Shown: positions 40,095 to 51,926 of the stretch, in pieces
Numbering within the stretch: the stretch's first letter is position 1
How the letters are laid out: the number at the start of each line of letters is the position of its first letter
Assembly: GCA_026770705.1 (NCBI GenBank)
Contig: JANJGN010000026.1
Location: 33,046,001 to 33,110,000, forward strand
Reading direction: 5' to 3'
Length of the DNA stretch: 64,000 nucleotides
Source of the DNA: Isurus oxyrinchus
Taxonomy: Eukaryota
Notes under the pieces: model-generated
The model's input: only the letters and a program-made list of their open reading frames with translations
Databases searched by the model: none
Told to the model about the DNA's origin: nothing
Program-made: the position numbers and the translations under genes

Positions 40095-40393
40095 GCACGT
40101 CACACAAACATGGCCGACAGGACGTCACAAAAACATGATCAACAGTAAGTCACACGAACATGGCCGACTGTACGTCACAAAAACATGATCGACAGTTTCG
40201 TCACGCAAAGATGATCTACCGTATGTCACACAAACCTGGCAGACAGCTTTTTCACACCAACATGGCCGACAGTACAACACAAACATGGCCGACAGTACGT
40301 CACACCAACATGGCCGACAGTACGTCACACCAACATGGCCGACAGTACGTCACGCAAACGTGGCCGATAGTACGTCACACAAACATGGCCGAT
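40095..40393. repeat. 25-bp minisatellite, about 12 units
   Basis: Consensus about cacacaaacatggccgacagtacgt, repeated in tandem. Confidence 0.85.
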
Positions 40394-40529
40394 GACTTGA
40401 GATGCAATGTGTAAAGTTACAATTTTTTCCGCACGTCCGGCCAACTCCTGTCAGCTTTCTCAACGTGATAAAAATGCTGCTTTGAGAAAAATAATTAGTG
40501 TAAATCACTGTTAAGGATAACATATATAT

Positions 40530-41420
40530 GTGTCGTGCAAATAAACTTAGTTAATATAAACAGGGATTTGGTCAAGAATAGTAGTAACAAAGGCACGGCC
40601 TGGTGTAACATAAATAGAGGCAGGATGCATTTCAGTATTAACTGAAGCAAGGCATGGAGTAAGGCAACTAGAAATTGGGTCTTGTGTAATGTAAACAGGA
40701 GTTGGGTTTCGAGCGGGAATAATAAAGAAAAGGCCTACCGAAATATAAGCAGGATCAAGGGTAATGAGATAATAGTTCAGACAGGTCTCCAGGTAACATG
40801 AACAAAGACATGGTCTAATGTAATCTACAGAGGGGCAAAGGCTATTTAAGTATAATGTGAGTACTGTCGTAGTGCAATATCAGCAGGGACGTGGCCTAGT
40901 GCAATGTAAATTCAATCATGTCCTAGTGCAGTGGAGCACAGACAATGGCCAGTGTAATATAAACCGAGACAGAATCTAATTCAATAGCAAATCAGGCAGG
41001 GCCTAGCGTCATACAAGCAGAGACATGTCAAATGCCGCAATAAATGAGATTGTGTCTCATGTACCTTAAACAGAGACACAGGTTATTGTAATATAAAGAT
41101 GTCACATTGTCTGGTGTAACACTGAGACAGGATGTTGCTGAACACTAACGGAGATTATCTATTGCAATAATAACTGAGATGCGACCTAGGGAAACATAGA
41201 AGGATATGCAACAACCTCTTGCAAATAACTGGAAAAAGGGACGAATGCAACATAAAGTGAGTGTCTGGTGTAATATAAATGCAAGCATTAAGATGTTGTA
41301 GTCAGTAATAACAAAAATTGCGCCTGGTGGAACATAAATGGAGGCAATCTAATGCAGTAATAGATAAGACATGATTTACTGTGACTGTCCAGTGCACTAA
41401 TAAATGAGTATTGCTTAGTT
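40530..41420. repeat. Degenerate tandem repeat, unit about 30 bp
   Basis: Recurring ctagtgtaatataaacagagacagg-like units; related tracts near 32800-33030, 53340-54170, 54840-55100 (opposite orientation) and 63380-63700. Confidence 0.6.
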
Positions 41421-41459
41421 CTCGAATACTGGTTTAGAACCAGGCACTGAACTCATACC

Positions 41460-42780
41460 ACTTATCTTCTCACCTATTTTGTGTCATCTGCAAATTTGAC
41501 GATTGTATATTCACTTCCCTCATCTAAGTCATTAATATATGTTGTAAATAATTGAGGCTCCAACACTGATCACTGTGGCGCCCCACTAGATACAGATTGC
41601 CATGCTGAAAATGCCCCCCCCCCCCCTTAACCCATCTCTCTGTCTTCTATTAGTTAGCCAATCCTTTATCCATGCTGATATACTACCCCCAACACCGTTA
41701 TCTTATTAAGTAGCCATGTGTGAAGTACCTTGCCGAACGCATTTTGGAAATCAAAATACATTACATCTACTGGCTATCCCCTTTCAATCTTACTTGTTAC
41801 CTCACCAAAAAATTATACTTAATTTGTAAGACATGATTTCTCCTTCTTGAAGCCATGCTGACTCTGCTTCATTAGACTATGTATTTCTAAAGGCTCTGCT
41901 ATTGCATCATTTATAATAGACTCCAATATTTTCCCAAGGACAGATGCTAAGCAAACTGGCCTGTTTTTCTACAAACCCCAATTCCTCTGTCAGGGCAGAA
42001 ATGCAAACACCGTCCCACTCCACTGCTGATCCAACCAACGTCAAACGAGAAACAGCAGCAAGCACCTTTCCAAAGCACAGGAAAGACAAAAAAGGCCAGA
42101 GGAATAGAAACATACAAAACTATGTGGGGAGGTGGCCTTGTGCACCGTTGCCTCATGTAAATCTGTCTTCTACCTCTTAGCTTAAATCTCTGTCCCCTGG
42201 TTATTGACTCCTCTACTTATGGAAAAATTGCCTTCCTATCCACCCTAGCTGTGCCACTCATAATCATATGCACATCTATCAGGTCCCCTTTCAACCTTCG
42301 TTGCTCCAAGGAAAACAACCTGTGATGACACTTTTGGCCCTCTATCACTACCCGCCTGTTTGGGGGCATATAGTACACACCAAAACTCGTGTTTGCTCAT
42401 TTAGCGTTTCTTGCTTCTACCTACATGGCTTCGTTTGATGACCCTTCTAAAATATCATCACTCCCCAAGATTCCTTGATCAATATTGCAACCCCCCAATC
42501 CAACTCTTCTAGCCCTCTCTCCACTTCGTCCGAATACCCTATAACCAGGAAGCTGCCAATCCTAGCCATCCTTTAGCCAAGCCTTGGTCATAGCTATGAT
42601 ATCATGCCCTTGGTGCCTATCTGTGTCCTCAGCTCGTCAGTCTTATTCCTCACGCCCCTTACAATAATTATATTCAATTTGTGTTCCATTTGTAAATGTT
42701 TAAAATGGAACATTTGAATGTAACATTTAAAATAGAACATTTTAACAAGAACACCCAGAAACTGATTCCTGCTCAACGAT
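41460..42780 (-). mobile_element. CR1 LINE fragments
   Basis: Reverse complement of the FADDT motif near 41480; RGVRNKTDELRTQI near 42640. Confidence 0.6.
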
Positions 42781-42789
42781 GAGTATAAG

Positions 42790-45360
42790 GGGCATCAAAT
42801 GTTAGTGCGGGTTGTATATAGACCCGAAACTGTGGTGGTGATGTTGGGACTGGAATTAAACAGGAAATTAGAGACGTATCCAATAAAGAAACATCTGTAA
42901 TTATGGGTGACTTTAATCTGCATATAGATTGGGCAAATCAAATACCGTAGAAGAAGAATTCTTGGAGTGTATACAGGATGGCTTTCTGGACCAATGCATT
43001 GAGAAACGAACTAGAGAACAGGCTATTCTTGACTGGGTATTGTGTAATGAGAAAGGAATAATTGGCAATCTAGATGTGCCAGGCCCCTTGGCGATGAGCG
43101 GCCATAATATGATAGAATTCTTCATCAATATGGAGAGTGACGGAGTTGATTCTGAGACTGGTGTCCTGAACCTTAATACAGGAAACTACGATGGTGTGAG
43201 GCGTGCGTTGGCGATGATGGATTGGGAAACGTTACTTAAAGGGATGACGGTGGTTAAGCAATGGCAAACATTCAAAGAGCGCATGGGTGAACTGAAACAA
43301 TTGTTATTCCTGCCTGGTGCAAAAGTGAAACACAAACGTGGCCAAACCATGGCTTATGAGAGAAATTAGAGATAGTATTAGATGCAAGGAAGAGGCATAC
43401 AAATTGGCCAGGAAAAAAATAAAGCAGACCTGTACATTGGAAGCAGATTAGAATCCAACAAAGGAGGACCAAGGTATTGATTAAGAAGGAGAAAATAGAG
43501 TACCAGAATAAGCTTGCAGGGAACGTAAAACCTGACTGTAAAAGTTTCTATACTTATGTGAAGAGAAAAAGGTTGGTGAAGACAAATGTAGGTTCCTCAC
43601 AGTCAGAAACAGGAGAATTTAAAATGTGGAGCAAAGAAATGGCTGACCAAGTAAGTACATACTTTGGTTCAGTCTTCACAAAGAGGACACAAATAACATA
43701 CTAGAAATGTTGGGAAACACAGGGTTTAGAGAGATGGAGGAACTGAAAGAAATCTGTATTAGTAGGGAAATGGTGTTGGGGAAATTGATGGGATTGAAGG
43801 CCGATAAATCCCCAGGGCCTGATAATCTACATCCCAGAGCACTTAAGTAAATGACCCTAGAAATAGTGTATGCATTGGTGGTCATCATCCTAGATCCTAT
43901 ACACTCTGGTACAGTTCCTGCAGATTGGAGAGGAGCTAATGTAACCCCACTATTTAAAAAGAGTGGTACAGAGAAAACAGGGAATAAAAGGCCAGTCAGC
44001 CTGACGTCGCTAGTGGGGAAAATTCTAGAGCCCATTATAAAAGATTTAATAGCTGAGCACTTGGAAAACATTGGCAGAATCGGACAGTCAGCACACATTT
44101 ACGTCAAATCTATTGGAATTCTTCGAGGATGTCACTAGTGGAGTGGATGCATTTTAGTTGGACTTTCAGAAGACTATCGACAAAGTCCCACAGAAGAGAT
44201 TAGCATGTAAATTTAAAGCATATGAGATTGGGGATAGTTTGTTGAGATGGATAGAAAACTGGTTGGCAGACATGAAACAAAGAGGAGGAATACACGGGAC
44301 ATTTTCGGAATGGCAGGCAGTGACAAGTCGGGTACCTTAGGGATCGGTGCTGCGTCCCAGGCTATTAACAATAGATATTAATGATTTAAATTAGGGAACT
44401 AAATGTAATACCTCTAAATTTGCAGATGACACAAAGCTGGGTGGGAGGGTGAGTTGTGAGGAGGATGCAGAGAAGCTTCAGTGTGATTTGGACAGGCTGA
44501 GTGAGTGGGAAAATGCATGGCAGGTGAAGCATAATGTGGATAAATTTGAGGTTATCCATTTGGATGCAAAAACAGGAAGGCAGATTATTATCTGAATGGC
44601 TATAAATTGAGAGAGGGGAATGTGCAACGAGACCTGGGTGTCGTCGTACACCAATCGCAGAAGGTAAGCATGCAGATGCAGCAGGCGCAAAAGAAGGCAA
44701 ATGGTACGTTGACCTTCATAGCAGAGGATTCCAGTACAGGAGCAGGATGTCTTGCTGCAATTGTACAGGGCCTTGGTGAGGCGACAACTAGAATATTATG
44801 ACCAGGTTTAGGCTCCTTATATGAGGAAGGATGTTCTTGCTATAGAGGGGGTGCAGCGAACATTTATCAGACTGATTCCTGGGCTGGCGGGGCAGACATA
44901 TGAGGAGTGATTGAATCGGTTACGATTATATTCACTGGGGTTCAGAAGAATGAGAGCAGAATCTCATAGAAGACTATAAAATTCTAATAGGGCCATTCAG
45001 TGTAGATGCAGGAAGGATGGTCCCGATGGCGGGGGAGTCCAGAACCAGAGGTCACAGTCTGTGGATACGGGGTAGACCATTTAGAATTGAGATGAGAAGA
45101 AATGTCTTCACCCAGAGAGTGGTGAGCCTGTGGAATTCGCTACCACCAAAAGTATTTGATGCAAAAATATCGCATGATTTCAAGAAGTAGTTAGATATAG
45201 CTCTTGGGGCGAAAGGGATCAAAGGGTATGGGCAGAAAGCGGGAGCAGGCTATTGAGTTGGATGATCAGCCACAATCATGATGAATGGCGGAGCAGGCTC
45301 GAAGGGCCTATGGCATACGCCTGCTCCTACTTTCTATGTTTCTATGTTTTTATGTTTTCT
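42790..45360 (+). mobile_element. 5'-truncated CR1 LINE
   Basis: FLECIQDGFLDQ, RPVSLTSLVGKILE, FADDTKLGG; terminal (ttctatgt)n repeats. Confidence 0.88.
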
Positions 45361-45420
45361 AAACACGAAATATTTTTTTTTTGCGAGTAAACACAATTGG
45401 GACTATGTCCAATAGATTTT

Positions 45421-45433
45421 TTGTGTGTGGGTA

Positions 45434-45479
<46 letters not shown>

Positions 45480-45480
45480 G
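45421..45480. repeat. (GT)n/(GA)n microsatellite
   Basis: Directly visible. Confidence 0.85.
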
Positions 45481-46160
45481 GGGGGTGCGGGGAAGGGGTG
45501 GGGAGAGAGAGATAGACAGTGACCAGCAAGAATACACAGAACCCGCACACATTCTCGAGGCAAGGTATCGGGCACAACAGAAGAGTTCAGGGAGACTGCT
45601 TGCAGGACCGCAGGCAGTGCTGATTGTCACAAATTGTGGCAATGATCATAGACAGCTCATTGACACTGGGATTTCGGATAGATGCAGGAAGTGATGGGGG
45701 CCGATATGCTGGCGAAGACCACTCAAAATTCTCCCCCCTCCTCTCCACCGCCCCCTCCCCCAACTCCACCCCACCCCCCCACCTTGATCCCGAAAGCCTC
45801 GACTGACAGGAGGCTTCAAATAAAGCGCAGGGTCCCAGAGCGGAAATAATACGGCCAATATATCATCTGGAGTGTTGGCTTTTGGCTGTCACCCAACATT
45901 GTTATTTGATTGTTTCATTCATTTTTAATTTTCTCTCTGTTTGCCCATTCCAACATTGATTCGACTCTCTTCTATTCATCGATCTATAATTCTAATTGCT
46001 TCTCTGACAAGTTTTTTATCCCAGTCAGTGTCAGCATGTACATTTATATCTGAAGCTATGTCAATCATCATGTAAAATCTATCAATTTGTTCTTCCTGCT
46101 CCTTTGTCTCCGGAACGAAGAGTCCTTAAATGGCAAAAACGTGTTCTATCTATTTTATCA

Positions 46161-46570
46161 NNNNNNNNNNNNNNNNNNNNNNNNNNNNNNNNNNNNNNNN
46201 NNNNNNNNNNNNNNNNNNNNNNNNNNNNNNNNNNNNNNNNNNNNNNNNNNNNNNNNNNNNNNNNNNNNNNNNNNNNNNNNNNNNNNNNNNNNNNNNNNNN
46301 NNNNNNNNNNNNNNNNNNNNNNNNNNNNNNNNNNNNNNNNNNNNNNNNNNNNNNNNNNNNNNNNNNNNNNNNNNNNNNNNNNNNNNNNNNNNNNNNNNNN
46401 NNNNNNNNNNNNNNNNNNNNNNNNNNNNNNNNNNNNNNNNNNNNNNNNNNNNNNNNNNNNNNNNNNNNNNNNNNNNNNNNNNNNNNNNNNNNNNNNNNNN
46501 NNNNNNNNNNNNNNNNNNNNNNNNNNNNNNNNNNNNNNNNNNNNNNNNNNNNNNNNNNNNNNNNNNNNNN
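46161..46570. other. Assembly gap (410 N)
   Basis: Run of N. Confidence 1.
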
Positions 46571-46723
46571 GCTCTGTATCACTGTGTCTGTAATCCCACC
46601 ATGTTCAGGTTTTTGAACTGCTCTCTCCGTGATCTAACCCTGAACATTCACAGCTTCAAGTAACGGTGTCACCGACAGCAGATGTTTGTAGAGGTGGGCA
46701 CTAAGACACCAGGGAACTGGAAT
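46571..46723 (-). pseudogene. Truncated supporting TCR-delta V of cassette 2 fused to RSS-array units
   Basis: Acceptor ttctccag; DSSSLVS-stop...AVGDTVT-stop-SCECSG, then a jump at about 46636 into RSS spacer; nonamer 46608-46616, array linker, heptamer 46580-46586. Confidence 0.82.
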
Positions 46724-48132
46724 CTGGAGAATTTAAAATAACATTATTTGTTTGTTTAGCCATTGTTTACCTGGGAGAATTTGTCAATGACATGAAAGGT
46801 TCGTTTTTCTAAACTTGAAGCAAGCCTGTTCCAACCGTATTCACCGTCATTGAAATGTGATTAAGTGCAGAGATGATAATTTTCTTTTGTATCGAGAATT
46901 TTTCCAATCTGCACTGCGTGGTCAGAATGGGTGGTGCGAACGCACTCAGTGGGAACTTTCAAATGGCTGATGTATCTGTACTGCAACAGGAAAAATGTAC
47001 AGCCTCATGAGGAAATACATGCGTTTTGGTAAAAATTAGATTGCACTTTGAAAGTGATAGCATCTCCACGATGGGCCGAATGTCATTCTACCTCTCGGCA
47101 TGGTTCTCTGTTGTATATTACATTTCTGCTTCTATTTTCCTTGGTGAGTGACACCCCGATGGAACAGTTTCCAAAAAATGATTGTACGGGATAATCAGCA
47201 TCAGCATCACTGTGCACAGCATGATCGAAATGAAAGTGTTTGTGATTAATCAGCATTGATTGAAACTTCTCTCTTCCCCGTTCTAATGGCCGACCCCTTA
47301 TGCTGAAACTTTGGCTCCCAGTTATAGACTTTCCAACCTGAGGAAACTCCCACCTAGAACCTTCCCTCTCAAGCTCCTTAAGGATATATGTGTTCTCATG
47401 AGATCGCCCTCATTGCTGTAAATTCCAGGAAACACAGGCCCAGTCTACTCAATCCCTTCCCATAGGACAATCCCTTTACTTCAGGAATCAGTCTGATGAG
47501 CATTTGTTCCAAAGCATGTACAACCTTCCCTAAGTAAGATACCAGACTTTACATAGTATTCCAAACTGAAGTCCTTCTCTCCATAAACATCGCCCACCAC
47601 CCTGTGCTCGGATTATACTTTGAACGACCCAGACATCAACCAATCCTTCTCTCCCATTCGATGAATTATTTCTTGCTGGTTCTAAATGAATATTCTCTCA
47701 GTTTATATTTTTTTCCTTATGTCCCTGTTCTCCTTTATAAGATTAATGCATCATCCTCACTCTCTCACTGCACTTTGCGTTTTTAATTCACAGTAATCAG
47801 GGATATAGATAAATTACAGCAATCCCATCTCTCAAACATCGACATTCAATATAGAGAAGTTTCTGCAGTTCCAAACTTTCACATTTCGATCTGAGGATGG
47901 AAAAGGAGGAAATGATTGGGTATATGAAGACAATTGAAAGAAATGGCGGGTAAATGACCCGACTGTCCGATCATACCCTGTTCCTAAATTGAAGCCTGCA
48001 ATGGAAAAGGTCCCTTAGAAATCGTTTTTTTTTTTGCTTCGATGTGATTGAAACGATGTTGATCACAATAATAAGCTGACTGTGAACAATATCCGGCACA
48101 GTCTGCAACATGCGGGCTTCAGAGTCACTTAT

Positions 48133-48210
48133 CGGCTGTGACAGTCACCACCATCCTGGATCCATCTACATAATTAGCACACCACTCTCAATCTCCCAGG
48201 TACAAGAACC
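48133..48210 (-). pseudogene. NAR-TCR J of cassette 2, defective
   Basis: YVDGSRMVVTVTA; donor GT>AT; heptamer deleted while most of the spacer and nonamer ACAAGAACC remain. Confidence 0.8.
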
Positions 48211-48517
48211 ATCGACAACTCAACCTGCCAGGAAATCATCATCGGGCAGTAGACACCTCACAATTATACAGCAGGTTTAAATGAATAATCAATATTCAAT
48301 GTTTCAAAGTCTCTATCTGTTCAAACTGTTCTTTCTGAGACCCTGAGCTCTGAGTAAATGGTCCCAGGAATGAGATATTCGCTTCATATAAACCGGAAAA
48401 AATATCAAAGAAAGATTACTGAATGGTGAAAATTAAAATGAAATGTAACCAGATTGCAATGATATTAACATCAACCGGACAATTCACTATCCGGGCCCGG
48501 AGAATTAATATTTACAA

Positions 48518-48576
48518 AGTATTTGCCCTACTCTCTCCCACTGTGACTGCCCGTGTAACAAGTTAGTATAAAATAC
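48518..48576 (-). pseudogene. NAR-TCR D remnant of cassette 2
   Basis: Intact J-facing CACAGTG-12-GCAAATACT; about 14-nt deletion removes most of D and part of the V-facing heptamer. Confidence 0.72.
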
Positions 48577-48709
48577 CCACGGGTGCTAGGTGAGATGTGG
48601 GGACATTAAATAGCGGGGACTGCAGTTCCCGGTTCCAGCTGTTAGAACAGGATCACATCTGGTGTTAGGGGTTTGTAACTGGGATCAGTTATTCCTAATC
48701 CCCATTCAG

Positions 48710-51215
48710 AAATGAGAAAACAAATTACTGAGTTAGAGACGTATGTAATAAGGGTACAACTGTATTCATGGGTGACTTTAATCTATATATTGATTGGGCA
48801 ACCAAACTAGCAATAATACTGTGGAGGACGATTCCTGGAGTCTGTACGTGATGGTTGTTTAGGCCAATACGTTGAGGAGCCAACTGGAGAGCAGGTTATC
48901 CGAGACTGGGTATTGTGCAATGAGAAAGGATTAATTAACAACCTTGTTGTGCAGGGTCCCTGGGGGAAGAGCTACAATAACATGATAGAATTGTTCCTTA
49001 AGGTGGAGAGTGAAGGAGTTGAATCCGAAACTAGTGTCCTGGATCTAAATAAAGGGAACTGCAAGGTTATGAGGGGAGAGTTGGCAATGATGGATTAGGG
49101 AACCTTACGAAAAGAGCTGACAGTGGATCGGCAATGGTTAATATTTAAGGAACGTATACAACAATTATTCATTCCCGTCTGGCGCAAACATAGTATGGGA
49201 AAGATGGTTCAACCATGGATTACAAAAAAAATTAGGGATAGTATTAGATCCAACGAGTAGACATAAAAATTTCCAGAAAAAGCTTCAATCCTGAGAGTTG
49301 GAAGCAGTTTAGAATTCAGCAAAACGGGAAAAAAAGACTGATCAAGAAGGGGAAAATGGAGTATGAGAGTAAACTTGCAGGGAACATAAAAACTGATTGT
49401 AAAAGCTTCCATAAATATGCGAAGAGAAAATGATTAGTAAACTAACACTCACAAGCGGGGGAAACTATAGTTGGGAACAAAGAAATGGCATAAAAATTAA
49501 AGAGATATTTTGGTTCTGCCTTCACAAAAGGCAACACAAGTAATTTCCCAGAAATGTTAGGGAACCAGTGAGAGCGAGGAATTGAAGGAGATTAGCATTA
49601 GTGAAAAAAATTGTGCTGGACAAATTAATGGGGTTAAAATCTGAAAAATCCCCAGGGCCTGATAATCCACATCCCAGATTTCTAAAGGAGGTGACGCTGG
49701 AAATATTGGATGCATAGGTGGTCACCTTCCAAAATTCTATAGACTCTGGAACAGTTCCTACATATTGGGGAGTGGCAAATGTAACCCCATTATTTTAAAA
49801 AAGGAGGGAGAGCAAAAACAGATAATACAGAGCAGTTAGCCTAACATCAGTTGTGGGGAAAATGCTAGAGTCTGTTATAAAAGACATGCTAACTGAACAC
49901 TTGGAAAGCATCAATGGGATTAGACAAAGTCAGCATTGGTTTATGAAAGGGAAATCATGCTTAACTAATCTACTCGAGTTTTTTGAGGATGTAATTAGTA
50001 GAATAGATAAGGGAGAACCACTAAATGTGGTGTATTTGGATTTCAAGAAGGTTTTAATAAGGTCCCACGTAAGAGTCTAGTGGACAAAAGTAAAGCACAT
50101 GGGATTGGAGGTAATATACTGGCTTGTATTGAGAATTGGTTGACAGACCAGAAACAGGCAGTGGGAATAATGGGTCTTTTTTCCAGGTGGCAGGCCGTGA
50201 CTAGTGGTGTCCCGCAGAGATCAGTGCTTGAGCCCCAGTTATTCACAACATATATAGATAATTTGGATGAGGAAACCAAATGCAATATTTCCAAGTTTGC
50301 TGACGACACAAAACTGGACGGGGCTGTGAGATGTGAGGAGCATGCAACAGGGATTCAGGGCAATTGAGACAAGTTGTCTGTGTGTGTCGGCAATCACATG
50401 GCAAGTGCAGTATAACGTGGATAAATATAAAGTTACGCTTTGGTGTGAAAAACAGAAAGTCAGAGCATTATATCAATGGTGATAAATTGGGAAATATGGG
50501 TGTAGGAAGGAGTTTGGGTGTCGTTGTACACCAGCCAATGAAACTAAACAGGCAAATTAGGAAGGAAAATGGTATGTTGGCCTTCATTTAAAGTGGATTT
50601 GATTTCAGAAGTATGGATGTTTTATTGTAGTTGCAAAGGGCCTTGGTGAGAACACACCTGGAGAATTGCGTGCAGATTTTGTCTCTCTACGCAAGAAAAG
50701 ATATATTTGCCGTAGAGGGAGAGCAGCGAATGTTCACGAGGCTGATACTGGGCATAGCAGGACTGTCGAATGAGGGGAGATTGGTTCAACTGGGCCTGCA
50801 TTCACTAGAGTTTAGAAGAATGAGAGGGGATCTGATTGAAACACATATAATTCTAACAGCGCTAGAAAGAATAGATGCAGGAAGGATGTTTTCCCTGGTT
50901 GGGGAGTCCAGAACCAGGGGCCACCGTTTCAGAATACGTGGAAGGCCATTTAGGACCGAAATGAGGAAAATTCCTTCACTCAGAGGGTGGTCAACCTGTA
51001 GAATTCTCGACCAAAGAAGGCTATGGAGTCACTGAGTATATTCAAGAAAAAATCGACACATTTTTGGATATTAGTGGCATCAAGTGGTATGGACAGAAAG
51101 CGGGAATATGGTGTTTAGATCGAGGATCAACCATGATAATATTGAATGGCGGAACAAGATCGAAGGGCCGAACGGCCTACTCCGGCTCCTATTTCTATGT
51201 TTCTATGTTCCTCTG
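48710..51215 (+). mobile_element. 5'-truncated CR1 LINE inserted in the V-D interval of cassette 2
   Basis: GKSCLTNLLEFFEDV, FADDTKL, terminal ttctatgt repeats; flanks are contiguous in cassette 1 (about 38550). Confidence 0.88.
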
Positions 51216-51422
51216 TTTCACCAACACCAACCCCGGGGAAGCCTTCACCATCTACTTGGTAGTTTTAAAACTGAAGATGTTAACGGTAATAATCCAATCG
51301 CACTATAAACTAGACTGGGGGTGGGGGGGGGGGGGGGGCAGACGGTGTGAGGCGGAACTGTAGGCGTTTAACGGCAGATTAACTCCGCTTTTTTACCTGT
51401 TTTTATGATAATCTGCAGTGAG

Positions 51423-51926
51423 AATTTTTGTATCCCGGGAAGCCGAGGCCAGTCGCTGTGTAACGTAGTACTGAGATTTACAGTAATAGGTGGTAGTGCC
51501 TTCAACTCTCACATCCCAAATTTCCAACGAAAATGTCTTTCCTGTTTTATTCATTATTCATTCAATGTCCCCCTGCTGGAGATCCGCTCCCGCTCTGCCC
51601 CGGTCTGGGTTTGTCTGATGAAAAGCCCCGTTTGGAAAATATCCCAATAACCAGCATGGAAAACACAGGTGATGGTGAGAGACTGACACTGCTTCCTGGT
51701 CACCGCTGCTGGGGTTTGTGCCACTGGCTGACTGAAATCTCCTGGAAATTAAACAGAGATAGTTTCATGGACCATCAGAGCCGAATCACAGAACCGGGTC
51801 AAACCCCCTGTCTGTAATTGGGATGGACCCGGGCAGCTTTATATGAAATCCACATAATGTCGGTTTGTGTGATCGGTACTCACGGAGTAAACAGACACAC
51901 AGAGTGAAAACAAAGTGGATTCCCAT
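51423..51926 (-). pseudogene. NAR-TCR V with leader and RSS, cassette 2
   Basis: Leader 51884-51926 MGIHFVFTLCVCLL; V exon 51461-51741 QPVAQTPAAVTRKQCQSLTITCVFHAGYWDIFQTGLFIRQTQTGAERERISS / NKTGKTFSLEIWDVRVEGTTTYYCKSQYY; 1-nt deletion; CACAGCG-22-ACAAAAATT. Confidence 0.9.

Noticed and set aside
46082-46663. ORFs spanning the N run
   Set aside because: Artefacts of the assembly gap
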